A DNA stretch of 64,000 nt from a virus. Below the pieces are notes generated by a model. That model saw nothing but the letters and a program-made list of their open reading frames with translations. It ran no database searches and had not been told where the DNA came from. Made by a program: the position numbers and the translations under genes. The stretch lies in the IMG/VR virus record IMGVR_UViG_3300044712_000557, positions 29,163 to 93,162 of that record, one strand, 5' to 3'. Positions 7,930 through 14,780 of the stretch are shown here, piece by piece (position 1 is the stretch's first letter; every line of letters starts with the position of its first letter).

Positions 7930-8217
7930 ATGCCAAGCAGGGGAGCGAAGCGTACTGGGCAGTTCAAGGCGAGGTATAAGCTACGCTACGAATTGATCAA
8001 CAGGCTAAAGGACAAGCCATGCGCTGAGTGTGGAAGTACGTTCCCGACATACGTGATGGAGTTTGATCATGTACGTGGCGAGAAGAAGTGCAACGTGCCA
8101 AAGTTGTGGCATTGCAGCGAGGCGGTCTTTCTAGAGGAAGTATCGAAGTGCGACGTGGTGTGTTCCAATTGCCACAAGATTCGCACGAGGACAAGAGTTC
8201 ACGGGGATGTAGGGTAG
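7930..8217 (+). CDS. HNH endonuclease (paralog of 7218-7568)
   Basis: PCAECG..FDHVRG..KCDVVCSNCH; GAGGAG RBS before ATG 7930. Confidence 0.88.
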   Translation: MPSRGAKRTGQFKARYKLRYELINRLKDKPCAECGSTFPTYVMEFDHVRGEKKCNVPKLWHCSEAVFLEEVSKCDVVCSNCHKIRTRTRVHGDVG

Positions 8218-8278
8218 TGGATTGCCCGCGTGGTTTGGGACCACGAAAGCGCAGGTTCGAGTCCTGTCATCCCCACCA
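8203..8278 (+). tRNA. tRNA-Pro(TGG)
   Basis: CGTGG-TTTGGGA-CCACG. Confidence 0.88.
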
Positions 8279-8344
8279 TTCGGGCGAGTAGCTGCGCCCT
8301 GCGAAGATTGACGCAGAACCTACGACGTAGGGGCTACACAGAAC

Positions 8345-8423
8345 GGGGATATAGAGAAGCCTGCATTTTCTCACTCGCTTCGGAGGCGAACAAGCGCTGG
8401 TTGAAATCCAGCTATCCCCACCA
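8345..8423 (+). tRNA. tRNA-Pro(CGG)
   Basis: TCGC-TTCGGAG-GCGA; GGGGATA/TATCCCC-A-CCA. Confidence 0.8.
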
Positions 8424-8650
8424 TCTCATGAGGCGGCTCGCCCAAGGAGCCGTACGCCCGATGCGAGTGAGCAGAAGGCTGAAGGTGCGACGGCATCGCT
8501 TGGGCACAGAATGTAGCGCGGGCAGTAAGCTAGACCATGGGGACGCTAAGCGCCCCTGGGTCAAGTGCTCCTCAATCCTTCCTGGCCTACGTGCTCACAC
8601 ACGTAGTGGATCGGAGCCTGGGCTGCCCCCACTTGAATTCATAGACTTAT

Positions 8651-8726
8651 TGGGGCTTAGCATAATGGCAGTGCGGTAGGCTCTGACCCTACGCCAATAG
8701 AGGTTCGACTCCTCTAGCCCCAGCCA
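8651..8726 (+). tRNA. tRNA-Gln(CTG)
   Basis: GTAGG-CTCTGAC-CCTAC; U1:A72; G73. Confidence 0.9.
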
Positions 8727-8734
8727 ACTTCCGT

Positions 8735-8811
8735 TCCTCAGTGGTGTAACTGGTAAGACCCCCGACTGTTAATCGGTGAGATTGTAGGTTCGAATCCTAC
8801 CTGAGGAGCCA
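8735..8811 (+). tRNA. tRNA-Asn(GTT)
   Basis: CCGA-CTGTTAA-TCGG. Confidence 0.9.
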
Positions 8812-8812
8812 T

Positions 8813-8887
8813 CCCTCGCAAGTGTTACGGCAGCATAGCGGGCTTTTAACCCGACAGGTCAGAGTTCGAATCTCTGGCGAGGGACCA
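8813..8887 (+). tRNA. tRNA-Lys(TTT)
   Basis: CGGG-CTTTTAA-CCCG; similar to Lys(CTT). Confidence 0.9.
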
Positions 8888-8894
8888 TTTCTAC

Positions 8895-8968
8895 GGGCTC
8901 TTAGTGAAACAGCATAACGCCTGCCTGATTAGCGGGAGTTCGCGGTGCGAATCCGTGAGAGCCTACCA
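8895..8968 (+). tRNA. tRNA-Ile(GAT)
   Basis: CCTGC-CTGATTA-GCGGG. Confidence 0.85.
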
Positions 8969-8974
8969 CTTCGT

Positions 8975-9050
8975 GCCGGTAAGGTGTCGAAGGAGACGCG
9001 CTCGCCTCGTAAGCGAGAGATGGCGGGTTCGATCCCCGTAACCGGCTCCA
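8975..9050 (+). tRNA. tRNA-Thr(CGT)
   Basis: CTCGC-CTCGTAA-GCGAG. Confidence 0.88.
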
Positions 9051-9054
9051 TCTC

Positions 9055-9206
9055 GGTGAGGGGCTGTGTTCGGCGTCTCGACAGTAAGAGACATGTGGTG
9101 CGGACACACCTGAGTTGCCCAGAGCGGATAAACACCGCCATGTATGGTAGCTTGGCACAGCGTAAAACGAAGGCGTCACTGCACGCCAACCTCACCTTTT
9201 CTTTTT
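9055..9206 (+). ncRNA. structured ncRNA of unknown family, followed by a U-tract
   Basis: GGTGAGG/CCTCACC and GCTGTGTT/GGCACAGC long-range stems, internal hairpins, then TTTTCTTTTT. Confidence 0.5.
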
Positions 9207-9238
9207 CGAGTCACGATCCGCAGACTCAAAGACCTTAA

Positions 9239-9314
9239 GCCGACTTAGCAATGACAGTTCATGCGCCCGCCTGAAGAGCGGGATATGTTGGGGCGGCACC
9301 AACAGTCGGCACCA
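9239..9314 (+). tRNA. tRNA-Phe(GAA)
   Basis: CCCGC-CTGAAGA-GCGGG; atypical T loop GGCGGCA. Confidence 0.85.
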
Positions 9315-9320
9315 TTCTAC

Positions 9321-9668
9321 GGGCCTTGGCCCAGCATATTCTGGGATGATCGATCTCAACGCAGATACCTCTCGGTGACAATTCTGCGGGTCCACCAGTT
9401 CGCCATGTGGGATCGCGAAAGGGTGGCGGAAAACCCGGAACCGCCAGCAAGAGTAACCTTAGGCGCGTGAAAGCTTCATGCTCGATATGGATGGCTGGGG
9501 CCAATGATAGGTTGCGACGACGGCTTACTTCTAGTGCCCCACATGGCACATCTCTATGGGACAGAAGACTCGCTGTTGTGTTCGTAAGCGTCAAGGATGG
9601 TACCGTCCTGAGCTACTACGGCACGATGGAGATCAGAAGACATCGTGGGGTAGGACCACACTGTCCCT
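9321..9668 (+). ncRNA. ~350 nt structured ncRNA of unknown family
   Basis: GCCATGTGGG/CCCACATGGC and GGGACAG/CTGTCCC multibranch domains; no convincing ORF. Confidence 0.5.
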
Positions 9669-9675
9669 CAATTCT

Positions 9676-9747
9676 TGCCGGTCGAGCTAGGCTCAGAGCG
9701 GTCCTGTAAACCGCCCTTGCTCGGTGCGATACCGAGGACCGGCTCCA
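9676..9747 (+). tRNA. tRNA-Thr(TGT)
   Basis: GCGGT-CCTGTAA-ACCGC; minimal D arm. Confidence 0.8.
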
Positions 9748-9751
9748 CTTC

Positions 9752-9826
9752 GGGGTCATACGCCAACGGCTAAGCGGACTGCCTTTCAAGCAGTTGATGA
9801 GGGTTCAATTCCCTCTGACCCTACCA
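9752..9826 (+). tRNA. tRNA-Glu(TTC)
   Basis: ACTGC-CTTTCAA-GCAGT. Confidence 0.9.
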
Positions 9827-9831
9827 TCTAT

Positions 9832-9902
9832 GCCGGGAAGAGCAACGCTGGACGGCACGGCTACCGCAATGGTCGGCTGCATAGGATCCAGCCCCGGCAC
9901 CA
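9832..9902 (+). ncRNA. aberrant tRNA-like RNA with CCA end, identity unclear
   Basis: GCCGGG/CCCGGC-A-CCA plus three non-canonical arms. Confidence 0.55.
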
Positions 9903-9907
9903 TCTGT

Positions 9908-9984
9908 CCTCCCGTAGCCCTAAGGATAGGGCACCAGCCCCCGAAGCTGGAGCTTAGTGGGTTCGATTCCCACCGGGAGTACCA
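9908..9984 (+). tRNA. tRNA-Arg(CCG)
   Basis: CCAGC-CCCCGAA-GCTGG. Confidence 0.85.
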
Positions 9985-10050
9985 TCCAAAGGAGTCGCAA
10001 TGAGCAACGGAGGAACGTCATGCTTATGTAGCTAAGGAGGCTACCCAAGC

Positions 10051-10221
10051 ATGGCTGCTTCGAACGATCGTTCCGCGAAGGACAAGCAGATGGCTGCGCG
10101 TCTGAAGGCTGAAGGTGATGACCGGCACATCGGCCGCTGCTGCATCTGCTACCGTATCATCTCCAACGGCGCTGCGTGCGAGAACCACTACGGTGCTCAC
10201 GCGCGTGGTGCTAGCGACTAA
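10051..10221 (+). CDS. 56-aa Zn-finger-like small protein (not in the ORF track)
   Basis: AAGGAGG RBS; MAASNDRSAKDKQMAARLKAEGDDRHIGRCCICYRIISNGAACENHYGAH... Confidence 0.7.
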   Translation: MAASNDRSAKDKQMAARLKAEGDDRHIGRCCICYRIISNGAACENHYGAHARGASD

Positions 10222-10277
10222 GCAGTATAGCTGCGGGCGACAGCTAAGTGGGGCTCATGCCGCCACATCGCCCTCAT

Positions 10278-10354
10278 GGCCCATTCGTTCAACTGGATGA
10301 GGATACCGGGCTACGAACCCGGAGATTGCAGTTCGAATCTGCAGTGGGCCACCA
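10278..10354 (+). tRNA. tRNA-Arg(ACG)
   Basis: CCGGG-CTACGAA-CCCGG. Confidence 0.92.
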
Positions 10355-10358
10355 TCTT

Positions 10359-10433
10359 GGCGCTATAGCTCAACGGACAGAGCGCGAGTTTCCTAAACTC
10401 AAGGTCCGAGTTCGACTCTCGGTAGCGCCTCCA
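10359..10433 (+). tRNA. tRNA-Arg(CCT)
   Basis: GAGT-TTCCTAA-ACTC. Confidence 0.9.
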
Positions 10434-10445
10434 ACCTAGGAGCAT

Positions 10446-10631
10446 ATGGAACACCCAAGTGGATTCCCAATGAGTTCTTCGTTCTCCGTTGCTGTCAGAG
10501 TGCAAGATGACAATGGAGTCACCATCAAGCAAGAGCAGTTCTCGCTGACTGGCTACTTCAAGGACTCCTCCGAGATGTTAGCTAAAGCAGTCGAGTGGAC
10601 GGACAAACAGAAGAGAGAAGCTAGAGAGTAA
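10446..10631 (+). CDS. hypothetical protein
   Basis: AGGAG RBS; coupled to the next ORF. Confidence 0.6.
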   Translation: MEHPSGFPMSSSFSVAVRVQDDNGVTIKQEQFSLTGYFKDSSEMLAKAVEWTDKQKREARE

Positions 10632-11176
10632 TGGACTCAGAGACAAAGGCCGGGTTGAGCGTGATCCTTGGAACCTTCCTCGCAGTCATCCTGCTGTCGT
10701 GGGTGGTCCAGGGAAACGACTGCTGGATGTTCAAGATCTTCGCACCGAAGTACGAGCAGCAGGAGATTCTTCTAAAGGAGGCAGCCGCCCAGACCGGGAT
10801 GCCTGCTATTGCAAACTTCCGAGAGCGCAAGCTTCTCAAGGACATCATCGAGCTTCGTGACCAGAACGGGCTCGTGACCTATACGTACGTTTGGAACGAG
10901 TTCAATGGAAAGATGGTATTCTTCTGCGATAGCATCGGGTATGGAATCCCGTACGCTACGCAGTACACTTCCCCGGAGAAGATGGTCGGATACAACAGTG
11001 CGCCGGCCGTGGTTCCCCAGGCAGATCCCAACGGGCTCTTCTCCCCGGCATCAGCCGAGGGCACCTGGGTCATGTGTAAGAACCCCAACGGAAAGGAAGT
11101 GCGCCCTGTTTACGTAGAACCGCGCATCATCGTCTCCCCGTTCCCACTGACGAAACAGCCAGCGGAGCAGAACTAG
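10631..11176 (+). CDS. membrane-anchored phage protein
   Basis: N-terminal TM helix; SIGYGIPYATQYTSP..QADPNGLF..EGTWVMC..YVEP motif. Confidence 0.75.
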   Translation: MDSETKAGLSVILGTFLAVILLSWVVQGNDCWMFKIFAPKYEQQEILLKEAAAQTGMPAIANFRERKLLKDIIELRDQNGLVTYTYVWNEFNGKMVFFCDSIGYGIPYATQYTSPEKMVGYNSAPAVVPQADPNGLFSPASAEGTWVMCKNPNGKEVRPVYVEPRIIVSPFPLTKQPAEQN

Positions 11177-11260
11177 AATCAACAGGGTCTGTTGATTCAC
11201 AGCGAGTGTCGAGAAATCAACCGGTCGTGCGCTGTGACCGTACTCGCGACAGCGCGCCAT

Positions 11261-11338
11261 GGCCCCTTGGTGTAACCCGGACAAGCATACTTGGCTTCTA
11301 ACCTTGAGGCGACAGTTCGAATCTGTCAGGGGCCTCCA
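11261..11338 (+). tRNA. tRNA-Arg(TCT)
   Basis: loop CTTCTAA; GGCCCCT/AGGGGCC. Confidence 0.85.
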
Positions 11339-11344
11339 TCTTTC

Positions 11345-11438
11345 AGTGGCGTAGTGTATGGCAGCACGGGGGGACTTATAAACCCTATAGCGCCAGATTA
11401 GCGCACCGGATTGGGTTCGATTCCCAACGCCACTACCA
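11345..11438 (+). tRNA. tRNA-Ile(TAT) with long variable arm
   Basis: loop CTTATAA; V arm GCGC-CAGATTA-GCGC. Confidence 0.8.
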
Positions 11439-11439
11439 T

Positions 11440-11530
11440 GGAAGGGATGATCGAGTTGGCAGATCACCTACCTGCTAAGTAGGACAGCCCTCATAAGGCT
11501 GCGAGAGTTCGATTCTCTCCCCTTCCGCCA
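11440..11530 (+). tRNA. tRNA-Ser(GCT)
   Basis: CCTAC-CTGCTAA-GTAGG; V arm; G73. Confidence 0.9.
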
Positions 11531-11543
11531 CCTTAGTGAGACT

Positions 11544-11906
11544 ATGGAAAAACCAAGGCGTCTTCTGTTTTCGGTCACGGCGAAGGACTTAGATATCCAG
11601 ACCTTCTGTACGGGTGGCAATGGAGGCCAGCACAGGAACGCCAAGCAGAATGGCGTACGACTCATCCATCGGGCCTCAGGAGCCCGCGCAGAGCATCGGG
11701 ACGGACGGGACCAGGGGAAGAACCGCAGGGAGGCCTTCCTGAAGCTCCTAGAGACTCCAGAGTGGAAGGCGTGGTCGAAGATGGAAGTCTCCAGAAGGCT
11801 AGGACTGATCACTGCGGCTGAGAATGCTGTAGAGGAAGCCATGGCAGCTCCCAACCTACGTATCGAGGTTAAGGGAGACGACGGCACATGGCACGAGATT
11901 GAATAA
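11544..11906 (+). CDS. peptide chain release factor domain (GGQ) peptidyl-tRNA hydrolase, ArfB/PrfH-like
   Basis: GGNGGQHRNAKQNGVRLIHRASG..RDQGKNRREAF. Confidence 0.88.
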   Translation: MEKPRRLLFSVTAKDLDIQTFCTGGNGGQHRNAKQNGVRLIHRASGARAEHRDGRDQGKNRREAFLKLLETPEWKAWSKMEVSRRLGLITAAENAVEEAMAAPNLRIEVKGDDGTWHEIE

Positions 11907-11907
11907 C

Positions 11908-11981
11908 GGTAGGCATGCTTAGGGACATAGCCGAGATTCGAACCTTTGGCTAGCTGGGTTCGAATCCCAGGCCTACCGCCA
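11908..11981 (+). tRNA. atypical tRNA, anticodon CGA (Ser), extended anticodon stem, no V arm
   Basis: GGTAGGC/GCCTACC-G-CCA; AGCCGAG(A)-TTCGAAC-(C)TTTGGCT; canonical T arm. Confidence 0.7.
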
Positions 11982-11996
11982 TCTTAAGGAGAAACG

Positions 11997-12212
11997 ATGT
12001 GTTGCTGTAGATGTAGCCGTGCGCACGACGAGGCTATTGCCGACATGGTTCTGGCGGAAGCTATCCTGACGGAGCATGCCTTTCGGGCTATGCACCCAAA
12101 CCTCCACCCAGCCGTTGAGGAAAGGATGATTAGGCTGGGCAGCCTTATCTCTCCTGGCCTCAATGAGTCGATGCTGGCCTATCTTACCAAGCTGTGGAGA
12201 CTAGCTAAGTGA
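11997..12212 (+). CDS. hypothetical protein
   Basis: AAGGAG RBS. Confidence 0.6.
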   Translation: MCCCRCSRAHDEAIADMVLAEAILTEHAFRAMHPNLHPAVEERMIRLGSLISPGLNESMLAYLTKLWRLAK

Positions 12213-12493
12213 AAGACTTCCTAGGAAAAGAGATCACGGTCGGATGCCTGATCGCGTATCCGGCGCGCATGAGTTCTTCAGTCTGGATGAACGTCGCGCG
12301 AGTCGTTGGATTTAGCACACGCAAGGATACCTGGGCTAGGAAGAACGTTCCATCTCTCAAGCTGAAGCGCGTGTCTAGCACAGACAGCTACTTCAAGCCT
12401 GGGACCACCACAGAGATCTACGCCCTCGACAACGTACTCGTGCTTGAGGAGGCAGATGTCCCGAAGCAAGAAGAGGCCGTACACCAAGAGTAA
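12209..12493 (+). CDS. hypothetical protein (SH3/KOW-like)
   Basis: MKDFLGKEITVG..IAY pattern common in phage proteins. Confidence 0.6.
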   Translation: MKDFLGKEITVGCLIAYPARMSSSVWMNVARVVGFSTRKDTWARKNVPSLKLKRVSSTDSYFKPGTTTEIYALDNVLVLEEADVPKQEEAVHQE

Positions 12494-12704
12494 GCGCTTC
12501 GACGCGACATGTCGTAGCCATGGCGGTTGCCCGTACTGCCAGGGGAATCGAAAGCATTCGACCAATCGTAGGAGCTATCCATTGCGGGCAGAGGTAGCCG
12601 AAGGCGTTTGGTCATTTGAGGAGTGGCAAGCTAGTGAAGAAGGGTGCAACCGAGATTGTTGTCGTACTCGACCGTTCGGGGTCGATGCAGAGCACGAAGA
12701 CTGA
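12456..12704 (+). CDS. small basic Cys/His phage protein
   Basis: GGAGG RBS; SKRFDATCRSHGGCPYCQGNR. Confidence 0.55.
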   Translation: MSRSKKRPYTKSKRFDATCRSHGGCPYCQGNRKHSTNRRSYPLRAEVAEGVWSFEEWQASEEGCNRDCCRTRPFGVDAEHED

Positions 12705-13335
12705 CGCAGAGGGCGGCCTGAAGGCATTCGTGGAGAAGCAGCGAGAACTTCCCGGCGAGTGCGTGCTGACCCTGTATCGATTTGACGATACGATCGAGCG
12801 CGTCTTTGAGGAGAAGCCTCTGGTACGAGTCGAGCCATACGACCTCCAGTTGGTCCCTAGGGGTTCTACGGCCCTCCTAGACGCCATGGATCGAGCCATC
12901 GATGAGGTGGGATCGCGTCTCGCTCGTCGTGCCGACTATGATCGTCCAGAGTTCATCTACTTCGTGACGATCACAGATGGCTACGAGAACGCCTCCAGGA
13001 AGGCCTCTCCCGCCAGCGTCTTCGATAAGGTTACGCATCAGCGTGACAAGTACGGCTGGCAGTTCGTCTTCATCGGTGCCAACCAGGACGCTATCGCCAC
13101 GGCTTCGAAGCTGGGTATCGGGGCGCAGTACTCCCTTACATATCGTGATAGCTCCATGGGTACCAAGAGTGCTTACAACAGCATGAGCGACGGCATCCTG
13201 CGTTCTCGCCAGCTTGGCGGGCAGGCTGTGTGCTTTACCGCTCAGGAGCGCACGGAGGCCATGGCCAGCGATGACGACATCAAGGCTCTTAAGACGACCT
13301 TCGGAACATCGAGTGTGACAACTCCAAGAAAGTAA
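12634..13335 (+). CDS. von Willebrand factor A (vWA) domain protein
   Basis: MIDAS VLDRSGSM, GSTALLDA, ITDGYENAS, FVFIGANQDA. Confidence 0.9.
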   Translation: MKKGATEIVVVLDRSGSMQSTKTDAEGGLKAFVEKQRELPGECVLTLYRFDDTIERVFEEKPLVRVEPYDLQLVPRGSTALLDAMDRAIDEVGSRLARRADYDRPEFIYFVTITDGYENASRKASPASVFDKVTHQRDKYGWQFVFIGANQDAIATASKLGIGAQYSLTYRDSSMGTKSAYNSMSDGILRSRQLGGQAVCFTAQERTEAMASDDDIKALKTTFGTSSVTTPRK

Positions 13336-13336
13336 C

Positions 13337-13858
13337 GTGATGGCCTCAAAATGGAAGACTCTCAGCGGGGAGAACATCGCTGACATCGTGCAGTTCCTGA
13401 AGGACTCTAACCGCCATGGTCAGATCCTTCACGTTGGTACAGACTCGCTGCAGACTGGAAGGTACACGCAGTTTGTGACTGTCGTGGTCCTGCTGAACCC
13501 CAGGCGTGATGGGGTGGGATCTGGCGGCAGGGTCTTTTATCAGAGAGACATCGTTCCCCGCATCAACTCACTACGCGAGCGGCTTACTAAGGAAGTTTGG
13601 AAGTCGCTCGACCTTGCCATGCAACTGCCTGAGTTTGACTTGACTGTGCATATCGATGCCAACCCATCGGAGAAGCATATGTCCAGCAAGTACCTGCAGG
13701 AGCTGGTTGGGATGGTCGTAGGGCAAGGGTTCAAGGCGCTGTGGAAGCCAGATAGCTGGGCCGCAACGCATGCCGCCGACCACGTCGTACGAATCAAAGG
13801 GAGACTGCCGAGCACTGGTGCTCAACTGGGCTTGAACCCCAGGGTAGCCACTGGCTAG
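13337..13858 (+). CDS. RNase H-like YkuK (DUF458) family protein
   Basis: VGTDS..FVTVVV..RERL..EV..S..VHIDAN..KPDSWAATHAADH. Confidence 0.85.
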   Translation: MMASKWKTLSGENIADIVQFLKDSNRHGQILHVGTDSLQTGRYTQFVTVVVLLNPRRDGVGSGGRVFYQRDIVPRINSLRERLTKEVWKSLDLAMQLPEFDLTVHIDANPSEKHMSSKYLQELVGMVVGQGFKALWKPDSWAATHAADHVVRIKGRLPSTGAQLGLNPRVATG

Positions 13859-13884
13859 GGGTTCGATCCCTCCAGTCTCCGCCA
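13800..13884 (+). tRNA. tRNA-Ser(TGA), 8/4 fold
   Basis: GGAGACTG/CAGTCTCC-G-CCA; CTGGG-CTTGAAC-CCCAG; V arm TAGCC/GGCTA; 4-bp T stem. Confidence 0.85.
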
Positions 13885-14031
13885 CTCTAAGAGCGCCACA
13901 AACTATCTGGTTCCAATGGGGTCTACGTTGTGGCCCGGCGCTGAACCCTGCAATCCCCTCTAAGCGGGGAATAATGTCCGCATCCCCCTGGGAAGCTTAG
14001 CTCTGCAGGGGGCTTTCCTTACTGAGGCGTA

Positions 14032-14460
14032 ATGCTTGTTGGAATAGTCGGCGTCGAAGCAGCAAAGCTGGACGCCCCAACCAAAGAGAGAGCGCTGATC
14101 AGGCTAGAGCAGATCATCTCTAGCCCACATACATCTCTCGTCGTGAGCGGGCATTGCCATCTAGGGGGGATTGACATACTCGCCGAGGAGACAGCAGCAA
14201 GGCTAGGCAAGCCTTTCCTGATCTTCCCTCCCAAGAACTTGCAGTGGTCCACTGGCTACATGCCTCGCAATCTACAGATCGTCAAGTTCAGCGATGTCGT
14301 CATCTGCCTAACGGTCAAGGAGCTTCCTGAAGGCTACGACGGGATGCGCTTCGACCTCTGCTACCATTGCGGGACTAAGGAGCATATCAAGAGCGGGGGA
14401 TGCTGGACCGTCAAGCAGGCAATCAAGGCAGGAAAGAAGGGACGCGTAGAGGTCATATGA
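14032..14460 (+). CDS. SLOG/DprA-like (YspA-type) protein
   Basis: VGIVG..VVSG..GGIDILAE..RNLQIV..SGG.WTV..A..GK. Confidence 0.7.
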   Translation: MLVGIVGVEAAKLDAPTKERALIRLEQIISSPHTSLVVSGHCHLGGIDILAEETAARLGKPFLIFPPKNLQWSTGYMPRNLQIVKFSDVVICLTVKELPEGYDGMRFDLCYHCGTKEHIKSGGCWTVKQAIKAGKKGRVEVI

Positions 14461-14780
14461 GCGATGACTTGGATTACGAACAGTTAGACCCTGGGATCAT
14501 AGGACTCGTAGCTCTCCTGCGCGCCCATGGGTTCGAAACGACTGACTCTGGCGATGGAGTGAGCAAGAAGGCCAAGGGGATCGATGATGCATTGCCCTAC
14601 CCTCACGTCTTCTGCGTGGTCGACCCAGATAGACTCGTCATCGAGGCTAAGAGAGCTTGGCACACGTTGAACGTCTATCCAGAGTACGAAGATCTCTCTA
14701 TCGAGGCTAGCTACAGCCCCGATGACAACGCTGCGATTCTTGCCATCTATGGCAACGTCGTCTCTGGTGGGAGCTTGTAG
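14457..14780 (+). CDS. hypothetical protein
   Basis: LDPGI..LV..L...GFETTDSGDG motif; ATGA coupling to upstream gene. Confidence 0.65.
   Translation: MSDDLDYEQLDPGIIGLVALLRAHGFETTDSGDGVSKKAKGIDDALPYPHVFCVVDPDRLVIEAKRAWHTLNVYPEYEDLSIEASYSPDDNAAILAIYGNVVSGGSL

Noticed and set aside
7218-8217. Group I introns or HEARO/IscB elements around the HNH genes
   Set aside because: The flanking tRNAs are uninterrupted, no intron core is visible and the proteins have no RuvC motifs.
9497-9545. tmRNA
   Set aside because: The 5'-like motif is present, but there is no T arm, CCA end or tag reading frame.
5263-9990. Many 60-150 aa ORF-track entries across the tRNA array, both strands
   Set aside because: They overlap tRNAs or structured RNA and have no RBS or protein motifs; only the two HNH ORFs were kept.
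13890-14020. Structured spacer containing CTCTAAG twice, resembling an amber anticodon loop
   Set aside because: No T arm, acceptor stem or CCA around it.
5346-14030. Hammerhead or HDV-like (theta) ribozymes behind tRNAs
   Set aside because: I could not find a CUGANGA/GAAA core or a nested double pseudoknot by eye; a motif search is still warranted.
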